In this document: one piece after another, positions 15,232 through 25,035 of the stretch
How the letters are laid out: the number at the start of each line of letters is the position of its first letter
Position numbering within the stretch: the stretch's first letter is position 1
Assembly (NCBI RefSeq): GCF_024807225.1
Contig: NZ_JANUCO010000001.1
Location: 4,049,268 to 4,081,267 of the forward strand
Direction of reading: 5' to 3'
Length of the DNA stretch: 32,000 nucleotides
From: Chryseobacterium ginsenosidimutans
GTDB lineage: Bacteria; Bacteroidota; Bacteroidia; Flavobacteriales; Weeksellaceae
Notes under the pieces: generated by a model
The model's input: only the letters and a program-made list of their open reading frames with translations
The model's database searches: none
Told to the model about the DNA's origin: nothing
Position numbers and translations under genes: made by a program

Positions 15232-16542
15232 ATGAATAATATTTTTTTAATTACAAAAAGGGAATTTCTTACGCAGGTTAAGAAAAAATCCTTCGTTATA
15301 TTAACTTTATTGGCTCCGATTTTATTAATTGCTTTTGGATCGGTGATCGGCTTAATGTTTAAGGCGAATGAATCTCACAATATTATTGAAGTTGTAGATA
15401 AAAGTGGTTTATTTAAAAATCAGTTAAAATCTGACGATCAGCTTAATTATGTTTTCGTTTCTGCTGCCGATGAAAAATCGAAAATCAATAATTTAAAAGG
15501 AAATGAATCTTTAGACGGAATTTTAATTTTACCGGAATTAAAAGATCAAAATTTTGATGATTTAGAAAAGAATGCAAGATTGGTCATCAACAGTAAAATC
15601 GGTTTTGATGCGAAACAAAAAATAGTTTCTGATATTACTGATGTTATTAAAAAAGAAAAAATAAAGGAATTAGGCATTGCAGAAATACAGCTGAATAGCC
15701 TTGATAAAAGCTTCACGCTAAAAACCATCAACGTTGCCGAAAATAACAAGGAAGATTCTGATCTTGCTTTCGGAGTGAAAAGCGGATTGAGTATCCTTCT
15801 AATGTACGTTACTTTCATGTTCATCATTATTTATGGGGTGAGAGTAATGCGAAGTGTTTTGGAGGAAAAAAACAACCGTGTCGTGGAAATTATCATTTCT
15901 TCCGTGAAACCTTTTGAACTGATGATGGGGAAAATTTTGGGGGTAACGTTAGTTGCTTTAACTCAATTTCTTGTCTGGATTTCTATGTCTGTAGTTGGAG
16001 CTTTGGTTTTAAATACAGGTTTTTCTTCTATTCAAAAGAATATTCCGGGTGGAAGTGAAGAATTGGCGAATAAGCTTGATGTGGCACAGCTTGCAACTCA
16101 AATTTCGCATAGTTTATTAGAATTAAACTTTCCTTTAATCATCTTCGTTTTCATCGTATTTTTCCTTTTGGGATATATTTTTTACAGTTCAATTTACGCA
16201 GCTATCGGTTCTGCAGTTGACAATGAAACGGAAACTCAGCAATTCACGCTATTTGCTATTTTACCATTAATGTTGGGAATGTACGGAAGTTTTTCATTAA
16301 TGAATAATCCGGACGGACCGCTTGGATTTTGGTTGTCGATCATTCCTTTCACTTCTCCTGTTGCGATGATTGCAAGAATCCCTTTCGGAGTTCCGGCGTG
16401 GCAGATTGCACTGTCGATCGGTCTACTCTTAGGAACAACCATTTTTATGATTTTCCTGGCAGGAAAAATCTACAGGGTAGGAATTTTAATGTACGGAAAT
16501 AAGGCTACATTAAAGGAAATCTGGAAATGGATCAAAGGATAA
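15232..16542 (+). CDS. ABC-2 type transporter permease (NatB-like)
   Basis: 436 aa. One N-terminal TM helix, a large extracytoplasmic loop, then a cluster of 5 TM helices. Starts 2 nt after the ATPase gene. Confidence 0.8.
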   Translation: MNNIFLITKREFLTQVKKKSFVILTLLAPILLIAFGSVIGLMFKANESHNIIEVVDKSGLFKNQLKSDDQLNYVFVSAADEKSKINNLKGNESLDGILILPELKDQNFDDLEKNARLVINSKIGFDAKQKIVSDITDVIKKEKIKELGIAEIQLNSLDKSFTLKTINVAENNKEDSDLAFGVKSGLSILLMYVTFMFIIIYGVRVMRSVLEEKNNRVVEIIISSVKPFELMMGKILGVTLVALTQFLVWISMSVVGALVLNTGFSSIQKNIPGGSEELANKLDVAQLATQISHSLLELNFPLIIFVFIVFFLLGYIFYSSIYAAIGSAVDNETETQQFTLFAILPLMLGMYGSFSLMNNPDGPLGFWLSIIPFTSPVAMIARIPFGVPAWQIALSIGLLLGTTIFMIFLAGKIYRVGILMYGNKATLKEIWKWIKG

Positions 16543-16659
16543 GTCCTATAAGATTTTAACACAAAAGTCGCTAAGTATTGATTAAAATAAGTTTGATTTT
16601 CTTCGATCTCAAAGGCGTTTCACTCAGCAAAGACTTTTAAATCAAAATAGATATAAAAC

Positions 16660-16691
16660 AAAAATCCCGAAACTGAGTTTCGGGATTTTTT
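16660..16691. terminator. Bidirectional intrinsic terminator
   Basis: 14-bp perfect arms AAAAATCCCGAAAC (16660-16673) and GTTTCGGGATTTTT (16677-16690) with loop TGA. It lies between convergent genes. Confidence 0.85.
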
Positions 16692-16715
16692 ATTGTCTTA
16701 CAATGAAATAAATTC

Positions 16716-17381
16716 TTATTTGAAGATATAGCTTAAGCTTACACTAAGAACCTGTTCAGACTTCGCTTTATCAGAACCTTTAGGCTCTTTGTTTAGACCA
16801 GGATATGTATTAGAAAGACCAAAATCATATTTAGCCGTAAGTTCTAATTGTCTTTTGTAGCTATAGCCAACTCCTATTCCTATTCCAAAGTTAAATTTGC
16901 TTGCTTTTCCATTGATCTCACCATCGGAAGCGGGAGAATCCGGATCATAATATTCTTTTCCTGCTGCAACGTTTTTCACATTCTGACTTAATAAGAAATT
17001 AAATCTAGGACCTACCAAACCAAAGAATTCTGACTCAGCTTCTGAGAAATATCCTTTAAAAAAGACAGGTACACTTAAATAATTATTTGCATATACAGCA
17101 TCATAACCAGGAAAAGCTTTCGCATCCTTGTCTTTACCTGTTTCTCCTGCTCCAAAAAATTCGATTTCGGGCTGTAAGAAAAACTGATTTGATTTACCCA
17201 TTGGAATTAAAGCCAATGCACCCGCCTGAGCTGTAAATCTAGGACCTGAAGGATTGTGAGCATTTTTCACTCTGGAATAGTTACCTCCTGCTGTAACACC
17301 AAATCTTGTACTACCAAAGTCGATCTGGGCGAAAGACATGGTAGAAAGTGCCAAAGCAGAGGCTAATAAAAATTTTTTCAT
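16716..17381 (-). CDS. Outer-membrane beta-barrel (porin-family) protein
   Basis: 221 aa. Signal peptide MKKFLLASALALSTMSFAQ. Alternating beta-strand pattern, with C-terminus ...SVSLSYIFK. Confidence 0.75.
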   Translation of the reverse strand: MKKFLLASALALSTMSFAQIDFGSTRFGVTAGGNYSRVKNAHNPSGPRFTAQAGALALIPMGKSNQFFLQPEIEFFGAGETGKDKDAKAFPGYDAVYANNYLSVPVFFKGYFSEAESEFFGLVGPRFNFLLSQNVKNVAAGKEYYDPDSPASDGEINGKASKFNFGIGIGVGYSYKRQLELTAKYDFGLSNTYPGLNKEPKGSDKAKSEQVLSVSLSYIFK

Positions 17382-17397
17382 ATTGTTATGTTTTATG

Positions 17398-18271
17398 TTA
17401 AGCTAAAATTTTCGCAACAGTTGCACCAATGTCAGCAGGAGAATCTACAACGTTGATCCCGTTTTCTCTCATGATTTCCATTTTAGCCTGAGCTGTATCT
17501 TCTGCACCACCTACGATAGCACCTGCGTGTCCCATAGTTCTTCCTTTAGGAGCAGTTTGCCCAGCGATGAAACCTACAACAGGTTTTGTAGAAACCGCTA
17601 GCTTTGTACCATCTTGCAGCTTCAGCTTCAAGACCACCACCGATTTCTCCGATCATTACAACTGCTTCAGTTTCAGGATCGTTGATGAATAATTCTAATG
17701 CTTCTCTTGTAGTCGTTCCGATAATTGGGTCTCCACCGATACCGATCGCTGTAGAAATACCGAAACCAGCTCTTACCACCTGATCTGCAGCTTCATAAGT
17801 AAGAGTTCCAGATTTTGAAACAATACCTACTTTACCTTTTTTGAAAACGAAACCTGGCATAATACCAATTTTAGCTTCATCAGAAGTAATGATTCCAGGG
17901 CAGTTTGGACCGATCAATCTACATTCTCTATCAGCGATGTAAGATTTTACTTTCACCATATCTGCTACAGGAATACCTTCAGTAATACATACAATCACTT
18001 TGATACCCGCTTCAGCAGCTTCCATGATCGCGTCAGCAGCAAATGCAGGTGGTACGAAAATAATACTCACATTAGCTCCAGCTTTTGCTACAGCATCAGC
18101 TACCGTGTTGAATACAGGCTTTCCTAAGTGCTCGCTACCTCCTTTTCCCGGAGTAACACCACCTACAACGTTTGTTCCGTATTCGATCATCTGGCTTGCG
18201 TGGAAAGTACCTTCGTTCCCTGTAAATCCTTGTACAATTACTTTAGAATCTTTGTTTACTAAAATTGACAT
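17398..18271 (-). pseudogene. sucD: Succinate--CoA ligase alpha subunit interrupted by a 1-nt frameshift
   Basis: The 241-aa ORF ([24 protein letters not shown]...) and the 80-aa ORF (...[24 protein letters not shown]...) are the two halves of SucD. Removing one T from GGTTTCT (plus-strand AGAAAC, 17590-17595) restores ...[20 protein letters not shown]... Confidence 0.85.
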
Positions 18272-18314
18272 TTTATTATAATTTTAATTTATTTATTATT
18301 TTTATTAATGCTCA

Positions 18315-18322
18315 CAAATTTA
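18315..18322 (-). promoter_or_regulatory. Candidate -7 box for sucD (TAAATTTG on the minus strand)
   Basis: Plus-strand CAAATTTA, 43 nt upstream of the sucD ATG (18271). Confidence 0.35.
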
Positions 18323-18362
18323 CTTAAATTTCTTTGATTTCGGATAAATCTGCGTAATTTGT

Positions 18363-19265
18363 TTATTTGAGATTTCTCAGTTTTACCTCTTTTTTAAGAT
18401 AAGTTTTGAAATCTTCTGCGAACATCCCGATATAAGTTCCTTTTTCAAGATCTCTGTTGACTCCGGTTTTCCCTAAAAGTACAGATCCGCTTTCAATTTT
18501 GTTTCCGGAAGCGATACCAACTTGCCCCCACAAAGTCACTTCATCACCAATCACGCAACATCCTGCAATTCCTACTTGTGAAGCGATAAGGCATTTTTTC
18601 CCGATAACAGTGTCGTGCCCGATCTGGATCTGATTATCCAACACAGAGCCTTCACCAATTATTGTGGAATCCGTCACTCCCCTATCGATGGTACAACCGT
18701 TTCCGATTTCTACATTGTTTTCAATGACAACATTTCCTACTGAGATTAAACGGTCGAAATTTCCGTTTAATTTTCTGTAATAAAATGCGTCACCGCCTAA
18801 AACCGTGTTGGATTGGACGACAACATTATCACCGATAACCGTTCTGTCACCAATGACAACATTTGGGAAAATGAGTGTGTTTTTTCCGATTTTCACATTG
18901 TTTCCGATTACTGCGGAACGATGGATTTTTGTTCCTTCACCAATTTCAGCATCATGAAGCTCTTCTGTGAAGTTATATATTCTCGTAAAGTGGGTATTGA
19001 TTTTATTAAAATCTCTGAAAGGATCTTCAGAAACTAAAAGTGCTTTTCCTTCCGGACAGCCTACTTCTTTATCGATTAAGATAATGGTGGCGGCAGAGTT
19101 TAAAGCTTTATCGTAATATTTCGGGTGATTAACGAAAACTATATCTCCCGGTCTTACCCTATGGATTTCATTAGTTCCCAACACTTCAAAGTCTTCAGAA
19201 CCGACAAATTTTGCACCGATAAGATCGGCTATAGTTTTCAGTTTTTGTGGGTGATGAAACGTCAT
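18363..19265 (-). CDS. UDP-3-O-acylglucosamine N-acyltransferase paralog (short LpxD-like)
   Basis: 300 aa. LpxD-type N-terminal domain ([15 protein letters not shown]...) followed by left-handed beta-helix hexapeptide repeats. It is distinct from the 343-aa lpxD at 22570-23601. Confidence 0.7.
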   Translation of the reverse strand: MTFHHPQKLKTIADLIGAKFVGSEDFEVLGTNEIHRVRPGDIVFVNHPKYYDKALNSAATIILIDKEVGCPEGKALLVSEDPFRDFNKINTHFTRIYNFTEELHDAEIGEGTKIHRSAVIGNNVKIGKNTLIFPNVVIGDRTVIGDNVVVQSNTVLGGDAFYYRKLNGNFDRLISVGNVVIENNVEIGNGCTIDRGVTDSTIIGEGSVLDNQIQIGHDTVIGKKCLIASQVGIAGCCVIGDEVTLWGQVGIASGNKIESGSVLLGKTGVNRDLEKGTYIGMFAEDFKTYLKKEVKLRNLK

Positions 19266-19295
19266 ATTTTTTAATGATGTTTAGGTTTTTATCAA

Positions 19296-19328
19296 CTTTG
19301 TCAAGGTTTAAAAATCTTGTCAAGGTTT
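19296..19328. repeat. Direct repeat (T/C)TTGTCAAGGTTT x2
   Basis: TTTGTCAAGGTTT at 19297-19309 and CTTGTCAAGGTTT at 19316-19328, in the lpxD-paralog upstream spacer. Confidence 0.7.
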
Positions 19329-19362
19329 GTTTTTCAAGTTACATTGCAGCCCGACTTGAAGG

Positions 19363-19386
19363 CCCTTCGACAAGCTCAGGGTAAAC
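19363..19386. repeat. Dispersed repeat family copy (CCCTTCGACAAGCTCAGGGTAAAC)
   Basis: Shares CCTTCGACAAGCTCAGG with the copies at 1-31 and 2540-2570. Confidence 0.7.
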
Positions 19387-19400
19387 TACAATTGCTGCCA

Positions 19401-19440
19401 TAAAAAATGAAAGCTGAAAGTTATTGTACTTCCAGCTTCC
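19401..19440 (-). terminator. Intrinsic terminator downstream of efp
   Basis: On the minus strand GGAAGCTGGAAG pairs with CTTTCAGCTTTC (12 bp, two G-U), followed by ATTTTTTA. Confidence 0.65.
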
Positions 19441-19455
19441 TAATATTTTGAATAA

Positions 19456-20022
19456 TTATTCTTTTACTCTTTCTAAGTAAGAACCGTCTTCTGTGCTTAC
19501 TTTGATTTTGTCTCCCGCTTCGATGAACAGAGGAACCATTACTCTTGCTCCTGTTTCAACGATAGCGTTTTTAAGAGCGTTGGTAGCTGTGTTTCCTTTT
19601 ACACCCGGATCAGCTTCGACAACTTCTAGGTAAACAGACTGAGGAAGTTCTGCAGACAAAGGCGTCTCATCAGCTTCTTTTAAGATAATGGTAACTTCTT
19701 CACCTGCTTTCATCAGATTAGAGTTTTCAATCATTTCTTTGTTTAAATATAATTGAGAGAAATCATCATTATTCATGAAGTGAAAACCATTCTCGTCATC
19801 ATAAAGATATTGGAATTTTCTTGTGATCACTTTTACCTCATCGATCTTGTGACCTGCAGAGAAAGTATTATCAAGAACTTTTCCGTTTGTTACTGATTTT
19901 AATTTTGTTCTTACAAAAGCAGGACCTTTACCTGGCTTTACGTGCATAAACTCAACAACTTTGAAAATATCATTGCTGAATTCGATGCAAAGTCCTTTTC
20001 TTATATCGTTACTTGTTGCCAT
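19456..20022 (-). CDS. efp: Translation elongation factor P
   Basis: 188 aa. The conserved loop VKPGKGPAFVRTKLK and the overall EF-P pattern are present. Confidence 0.92.
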   Translation of the reverse strand: MATSNDIRKGLCIEFSNDIFKVVEFMHVKPGKGPAFVRTKLKSVTNGKVLDNTFSAGHKIDEVKVITRKFQYLYDDENGFHFMNNDDFSQLYLNKEMIENSNLMKAGEEVTIILKEADETPLSAELPQSVYLEVVEADPGVKGNTATNALKNAIVETGARVMVPLFIEAGDKIKVSTEDGSYLERVKE

Positions 20023-20038
20023 TAATTTTTATATGTAT

Positions 20039-20371
20039 TTATTTTCTTTTATTAAATTGTATTCCCTGCGCTTGCGGCAATCTGTTAAATGTATTGTTGT
20101 TGAATGTATTCACATTATTATTTAATCTGTTTACATTCGTCTGAACTTCAGAATTGTATTGATTGGCGCTTCCAAAAATTGAAGTTCCGGTATTATTCTG
20201 CTTCAGAATATCATTTAAATTATTCTTAGCAATGCTGTCATTAGACTTTTCAGGAAGTTTTCTTTCCATGATGGAAGTCCTTGTTGTTTTTTCAGTTTTT
20301 AATCCTTCTGTTTGCTGTCCAAACAACAAAGATGAAGCTGAAAGCGTTATAAGTAAGATTAAAATTTTCAT
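20039..20371 (-). CDS. Small secreted Asn-rich hypothetical protein
   Basis: 110 aa. Signal peptide MKILILLITLSASSLLFGQ. Low-complexity N/T/Q-rich mature part. Packed 13 nt after lpxA and 16 nt before efp. Confidence 0.55.
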   Translation of the reverse strand: MKILILLITLSASSLLFGQQTEGLKTEKTTRTSIMERKLPEKSNDSIAKNNLNDILKQNNTGTSIFGSANQYNSEVQTNVNRLNNNVNTFNNNTFNRLPQAQGIQFNKRK

Positions 20372-20384
20372 TTGTAATTGATTA

Positions 20385-21179
20385 TTAATTACTGTCTTTT
20401 CCTGTTCCGTATCCTTTTACGATACCTCTTGGAGAGTTCTGAATAAACTGAAGAATTTCGTCTCTTTCGGCAGTCGGAAGCATTTCTTTTTCAATATGCG
20501 AAATAGCCTGAGAAACGTTCATTTTCATCTGGAAAATAGCTCTGTAAATTTTTTGGATTTCAAAGATTTTCTCATTCGTAAATCCTCTTCTTCTCAACCC
20601 CACAGAATTGATTCCTGCATAAGACATAGGTTCTCTCGCCACTTTCACATAAGGCGGAATATCTTTTCTCACCAAAGTACCACCGGAAATCATCACATGT
20701 TTCCCGATTTTACCAAACTGATGAACAGCCGACAAACCTCCCATTACGGTATAATCGCCGATTTCTACGTGTCCCGCAATACCGCAACCATTTACAATGA
20801 TAACGTGGTCTCCGATAACACAGTCGTGAGCAATGTGAGAAGTTGCCATAATAAGACAGTTGGAACCGATTTTAGTAAATCCTAAAGCTTTAGTTCCTCT
20901 GTTTACGGTTACACATTCTCTGATTGTCGTATCATCACCGATGATTGTCTGTGTATCTTCACCATCAAATTTAAGATCCTGAGGAATCGCTGAGATTACA
21001 GTTCCAGGAAAAATTCTGCAATTTTTCCCGATTCTTGCTCCATCCATAATGGTAACATTAGAACCGATCCAAGACCCTTCCCCGATTTCTACATCGCCTG
21101 CAATCGTAGTAAAAGGTTCTACAATTACATTTTTGCTGATTTTCGCACGTTTATCTACGGCTGCTAATTGATGAATCAT
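20385..21179 (-). CDS. lpxA: Acyl-ACP--UDP-N-acetylglucosamine O-acyltransferase
   Basis: 264 aa. Hexapeptide-repeat beta-helix plus the LpxA C-terminal helical domain. Directly abuts the lpxC/fabZ stop. Confidence 0.9.
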   Translation of the reverse strand: MIHQLAAVDKRAKISKNVIVEPFTTIAGDVEIGEGSWIGSNVTIMDGARIGKNCRIFPGTVISAIPQDLKFDGEDTQTIIGDDTTIRECVTVNRGTKALGFTKIGSNCLIMATSHIAHDCVIGDHVIIVNGCGIAGHVEIGDYTVMGGLSAVHQFGKIGKHVMISGGTLVRKDIPPYVKVAREPMSYAGINSVGLRRRGFTNEKIFEIQKIYRAIFQMKMNVSQAISHIEKEMLPTAERDEILQFIQNSPRGIVKGYGTGKDSN

Positions 21180-22577
21180 TTAATCAACTTTATTTTTTGC
21201 AACTTGGGCCATTAATTCTGCTTCTACAGCTACCGTATCTCCTACGTAACCGTACCCCTGCATATGAACGATACCTCTTCTGATAGGTTCTATCAATTCA
21301 ATCTTGAATATAAGCGTATCTCCCGGAATTACTTTTCTCTTGAATTTTACTTTATCAATTTTAATAAAATAAGTAGAGTAATTTTCCGGATCCGGTACAC
21401 TTGCCAATACAAGAATTCCTCCTGTCTGTGCTAAAGCTTCCACTTGCAAAACTCCCGGCATTACAGGTTCTTTAGGAAAATGCCCAACGAAGAAAGGTTC
21501 ATTCATTGTTACATTTTTAAGACCTACAACATGAGAATCTGAAAGTTCAAGGATTTTATCAATTAATAAGAACGGAGGTCTGTGAGGCATAAGCTTCATG
21601 ATTCCGTTGATATCAAAAACAGGTTCTTTCGTTAAATCAAAATCAGGAACGTTTTTCTTCTTTTGCAATTTCCACTGACGGTTCAGCTTTTTAGCAAATT
21701 GAGTATTTACAAAGTGTCCTGGTTTGTTTGCGATAACTTTTCCTTTAATTTTCACTCCAGCCAACGCCAAATCACCGATTACATCCAGTAATTTGTGTCT
21801 TGCAGCTTCGTTGGGATAATTTAAGGTTAAATTATCAAGAATTCCGTTTGGTCTTATTGACACATTGTCTTTACCAAAAGCTTTTTTCAGTTTTTCTGTA
21901 GTTTCAGGCGTAAGATCTTTATCTACATAAACAATTGCGTTAGAAATATCTCCACCTTTGATCAAACCGTGATCTAAAAGCATCTCTAATTCGTGTAAGA
22001 AACTGAACGTTCTTGCAGATGAAATTTCTTCCTTAAACTCAGAAATATTTTTCATAGTAGCATTTTGAGTTCCTAAAACTTTAGTCCCAAAATCTACCAT
22101 TGTTGTAATCTCGTACGTATCCGAAGGAATAATCGTGATTTCTGATCCCGTTGCAGGATCGCTGTACGTAAGAACTTCTTTTACTACAAGATATTCTCTT
22201 ATTGTATTTTGCTCAACAACTCCAACAGTTTCGATAGCTTCAACAAAAAACTTTGAAGAACCATCTAAAATCGGAGGCTCAGAAGCATCCATTTCTAAAA
22301 TGGCGTTATCTATATCACATCCTACCAAAGCCGCCAAAAGGTGCTCACAAGTATTGATCTTAACTCCCAGCTTTTCTAATGTCGTCCCTCTTTCTGTAGC
22401 TACAACATAATTAACGTCAGCTTCGACTTGAGGGTGTCCCTCCAAATCTGTTCTTACGAATACAAAACCTGTATTTTCTTTTGCAGGTTTCATGGTTAGT
22501 TTTACTTCTTTACCTGTGTGAAGTCCGATTCCGGAAAGTGTCACTTCTTTTTGAAGTGTTTTTTGCATATCACTCAT
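21180..22577 (-). CDS. lpxC: Bifunctional UDP-3-O-acyl-GlcNAc deacetylase / 3-hydroxyacyl-ACP dehydratase
   Basis: N-terminal LpxC ([13 protein letters not shown]..., [10 protein letters not shown]) fused to C-terminal FabZ hot-dog ([13 protein letters not shown] ... FFVGHFP). The start is ambiguous between 22577 (MSDMQ) and 22568 (MQKT). The track start at 22604 would overlap lpxD by 35 nt. Confidence 0.9.
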   Translation of the reverse strand: MSDMQKTLQKEVTLSGIGLHTGKEVKLTMKPAKENTGFVFVRTDLEGHPQVEADVNYVVATERGTTLEKLGVKINTCEHLLAALVGCDIDNAILEMDASEPPILDGSSKFFVEAIETVGVVEQNTIREYLVVKEVLTYSDPATGSEITIIPSDTYEITTMVDFGTKVLGTQNATMKNISEFKEEISSARTFSFLHELEMLLDHGLIKGGDISNAIVYVDKDLTPETTEKLKKAFGKDNVSIRPNGILDNLTLNYPNEAARHKLLDVIGDLALAGVKIKGKVIANKPGHFVNTQFAKKLNRQWKLQKKKNVPDFDLTKEPVFDINGIMKLMPHRPPFLLIDKILELSDSHVVGLKNVTMNEPFFVGHFPKEPVMPGVLQVEALAQTGGILVLASVPDPENYSTYFIKIDKVKFKRKVIPGDTLIFKIELIEPIRRGIVHMQGYGYVGDTVAVEAELMAQVAKNKVD

Positions 22578-23601
22578 TAGTTTTATCTTTTGAGGTATTC
22601 TCAAGATTATTAATTCTACCTACAATTTCAGTGAAATTTCTGAAATGGACATAATTCCTAAGGTAGTCGTTATAGCTGATTGCCGGTGAACCGTACAATG
22701 TTTCTTTATCATTAACGCTAGAATTCACCCCACTCTGAGCCTGAATTTTCACCTGATTTCCTATTTTAATATGACCTACAACGCCCACTTGTCCTCCAAT
22801 CTGGTTCCAATCTCCGATAATCGTGGATCCTGCAATTCCGGCTTGTGCTGCAATGACGTTGTTCTGACCAATTTTCACGTTATGAGCAATCTGAATCAGA
22901 TTATCAATTTTAGTTCCTTTTCCGATGATGGTAGAACCGATGGTTGCTCTGTCGATACTGCAGTTTGAACCGATTTCTACATCATCTTCAATGATTACAT
23001 TTCCCAGTTGCGGAATCTTTTTGAAACCTTCCTGAGTCGGTTGGAAACCAAATCCGTCACCACCTACAACCGTATTGGAATGAATGACACAATTGTCACC
23101 AATAATGCAATAATCATAGATTCTCGCTCCACTGTCAATCTTACAGTTTTTTCCGATTCTCACTCCTTTACCGATGTAAACCTGAGGATAAATCTGAGTT
23201 CCTTCTCCTATTTTAGCCTTTTCAGACACATAAGTGAATGCGCCGATATAAACTCCATCACCAATTACGGCGGTATCATGAATCGAAGAACCATCTTCCA
23301 CCCCTTGTTTTCTGCCCTGCATTTCCTGATACAGGTTCATTAAAACCTGGAAAGAAAGATAGGCATCCTTTACCGCAATTATAGTAGGATTATAAATATC
23401 TTTTGCTAAAAGATTTTCCGAAACAATAATGACAGAGCATTTTGAAGTATCCAAATAATGAGAAAATCGATCTTGTGCTATAAAAGAAAGATGCCCTGAT
23501 TCTCCATTTTCAATTGGTGAAACTCCAGTAATAAGTGCGGTCTCGTCACCTATTATTTTTCCGTCAATAAAACTTGCAATTTGCGAAGCTGTAAATTCCA
23601 T
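22570..23601 (-). CDS. lpxD: UDP-3-O-(3-hydroxyacyl)glucosamine N-acyltransferase
   Basis: 343 aa from the ATG at 23601 ([18 protein letters not shown]). The track start at 23610 is a TTG. Long hexapeptide-repeat region. Confidence 0.9.
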   Translation of the reverse strand: MEFTASQIASFIDGKIIGDETALITGVSPIENGESGHLSFIAQDRFSHYLDTSKCSVIIVSENLLAKDIYNPTIIAVKDAYLSFQVLMNLYQEMQGRKQGVEDGSSIHDTAVIGDGVYIGAFTYVSEKAKIGEGTQIYPQVYIGKGVRIGKNCKIDSGARIYDYCIIGDNCVIHSNTVVGGDGFGFQPTQEGFKKIPQLGNVIIEDDVEIGSNCSIDRATIGSTIIGKGTKIDNLIQIAHNVKIGQNNVIAAQAGIAGSTIIGDWNQIGGQVGVVGHIKIGNQVKIQAQSGVNSSVNDKETLYGSPAISYNDYLRNYVHFRNFTEIVGRINNLENTSKDKTNE

Positions 23602-23673
23602 ATTCTGCAAAGATAAGAAATTCTGTAATTCGCAAACATTTTTTAATTTTCAGATCGTGAATTTTAATATTCT

Positions 23674-24900
23674 TTAAGAAATTATGTCATCAATATCTCT
23701 TGGGAAAGTAAGGATATATCTTGTCGTCTTATTTACCATCAAACCTGATAAAAGCTGGTCTTCTGATTCTTCCAGCCTTATTTTTTTACCATTTTTCTTC
23801 AACAGATAAATTGGCTGTTTTTCGGTATCATAAGGAAGAAGTTTTCTCTTAATTTCATGCACCAGTTCGTTTCCATTATCGATTCCAAAAAATTCATTGG
23901 TGTTTTTTATTTTTTCCTCAATGAATTCCCTACCAAATGAGTGGGATGATATAATTGTCTTCGGAAGATTTCTCTGAATCACGCATTTACACCAATAAGA
24001 CAAGATCACATCATCTGCATTTTGCCAAGATTTCATAGCCTGAATAACATCGTTGTCATCCAATTGCGTAAATCTTTCCACATCTTCATCGGTTGCCGAA
24101 CTTTTCCCTCGATGTAAAAAATATTTCAAATTTTCGGTTGCAGGTAAATCAACTCCCTGCGAAACCAAAAGTTTTGCTCTTTCTAAGATTTTAACCAAAA
24201 GAAATTCTGCCAACGCCGAAGTTTTGTGATAATAAACCTGCCAATACATAAACATTCTTGCCGTAAGAAAGTTTTCCACAGAATACACTCCTTTTGCATC
24301 CACTACCAATTCTCCTTCATCGCAAACATTCATCATAGAAATAATTCGCTGCGTATTGATGCTTCCTTCAGAAACGCCTGTAAAAAAGCTGTCTCTGTTT
24401 AAATAATCAAGTCTGTCGACATCCAACTGAGAAGAAATAAGCTGATTGAAAAACTTTCTGTGATATTTCCCCTGAAACATTTCAATGGCAACCGATAATT
24501 CTCCGTTAAATTCTACATTTAATCGATTCATCAATAATAATGAAAGATTCTCGTGATGCCAATCGTCCATCAACATACTTTCCAACGCGTGAGAAAACGG
24601 TCCGTGACCAATATCGTGCATCAAAATCGCCAACATTGCTCCTTTCTCTTCATCTTCAGAAATTTTCACGCCTTTCTGTTTCAATGTTTCCAAAGCAGTA
24701 AACATCAAATGCATCGCCCCCAAAGCATGATGAAATCTTGTATGCGTCGCACCCGGAAAAATCAGGTTCAACAATCCGGTTTGTCCTATTCTTCTCAATC
24801 TTTGGAAGTAAGGATGCTCGATGATATCAAATAAAATGGCGTGGGGAATTCTGATAAATCCGTGAACAGGATCGTTGATGATTTTTAACTTATTCTGCAT
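23674..24900 (-). CDS. HD-domain phosphohydrolase (dNTP triphosphohydrolase-like)
   Basis: 408 aa from the ATG at 24900 (MQNKLKIINDPVHGFI). HD motifs HTRFHHALGAMH and MHDIGHGPFSH. Confidence 0.85.
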   Translation of the reverse strand: MQNKLKIINDPVHGFIRIPHAILFDIIEHPYFQRLRRIGQTGLLNLIFPGATHTRFHHALGAMHLMFTALETLKQKGVKISEDEEKGAMLAILMHDIGHGPFSHALESMLMDDWHHENLSLLLMNRLNVEFNGELSVAIEMFQGKYHRKFFNQLISSQLDVDRLDYLNRDSFFTGVSEGSINTQRIISMMNVCDEGELVVDAKGVYSVENFLTARMFMYWQVYYHKTSALAEFLLVKILERAKLLVSQGVDLPATENLKYFLHRGKSSATDEDVERFTQLDDNDVIQAMKSWQNADDVILSYWCKCVIQRNLPKTIISSHSFGREFIEEKIKNTNEFFGIDNGNELVHEIKRKLLPYDTEKQPIYLLKKNGKKIRLEESEDQLLSGLMVNKTTRYILTFPRDIDDIIS

Positions 24901-24921
24901 TGAAACGTCAGTATTTGTACA

Positions 24922-24929
24922 CAAATTTA
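24922..24929 (-). promoter_or_regulatory. Candidate -7 box (TAAATTTG) for the HD-lpxD-lpxC/fabZ-lpxA unit
   Basis: Plus-strand CAAATTTA, 21 nt upstream of the ATG at 24900. The TTG used as the ORF-track start is the TTG of this box, which supports the shorter CDS. Confidence 0.45.
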
Positions 24930-25035
24930 GGGATTTTAAATTTTAGGGTTGATTAATTTTTATTAAAAATGGATTGATTTATAAACAAATGGGACGAATA
25001 TTTTCATGAATGATACGAATGTTATTCATATAGTT

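Noticed and set aside
17546-17640. Programmed ribosomal frameshift in sucD (and in the ABC exporter at 10090-10120)
   Set aside because: There is no slippery X-XXY-YYZ heptamer, no in-frame stop-stimulated +1 site like prfB, and no obvious downstream structure. A simple extra base in a short T-run is the more economical explanation.
19296-19328. Possible CRISPR or other array from short direct repeats (also 2440-2460 and 29857-29985)
   Set aside because: There are only two or three short units with no regular repeat-spacer architecture and no cas genes. They are ordinary intergenic repeat motifs.
20496-20885. 129-aa plus-strand ORF
   Set aside because: It is antisense to lpxA. The hexapeptide-repeat genes lpxA, lpxD and the paralog generate long spurious antisense frames. 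The same applies to 18813-19037, 22771-22968 and 23008-23343.
24901-24924. Longer TTG-initiated N-termini in the ORF track (HD gene 24924; also S41 at 25180, lpxD at 23610, the T9SS-CTD protein at 13849 and lptB at 11696)
   Set aside because: In each case a downstream ATG gives the conserved N-terminus or a proper signal peptide. For the HD and S41 genes the TTG is itself part of a TAnnTTTG promoter box.
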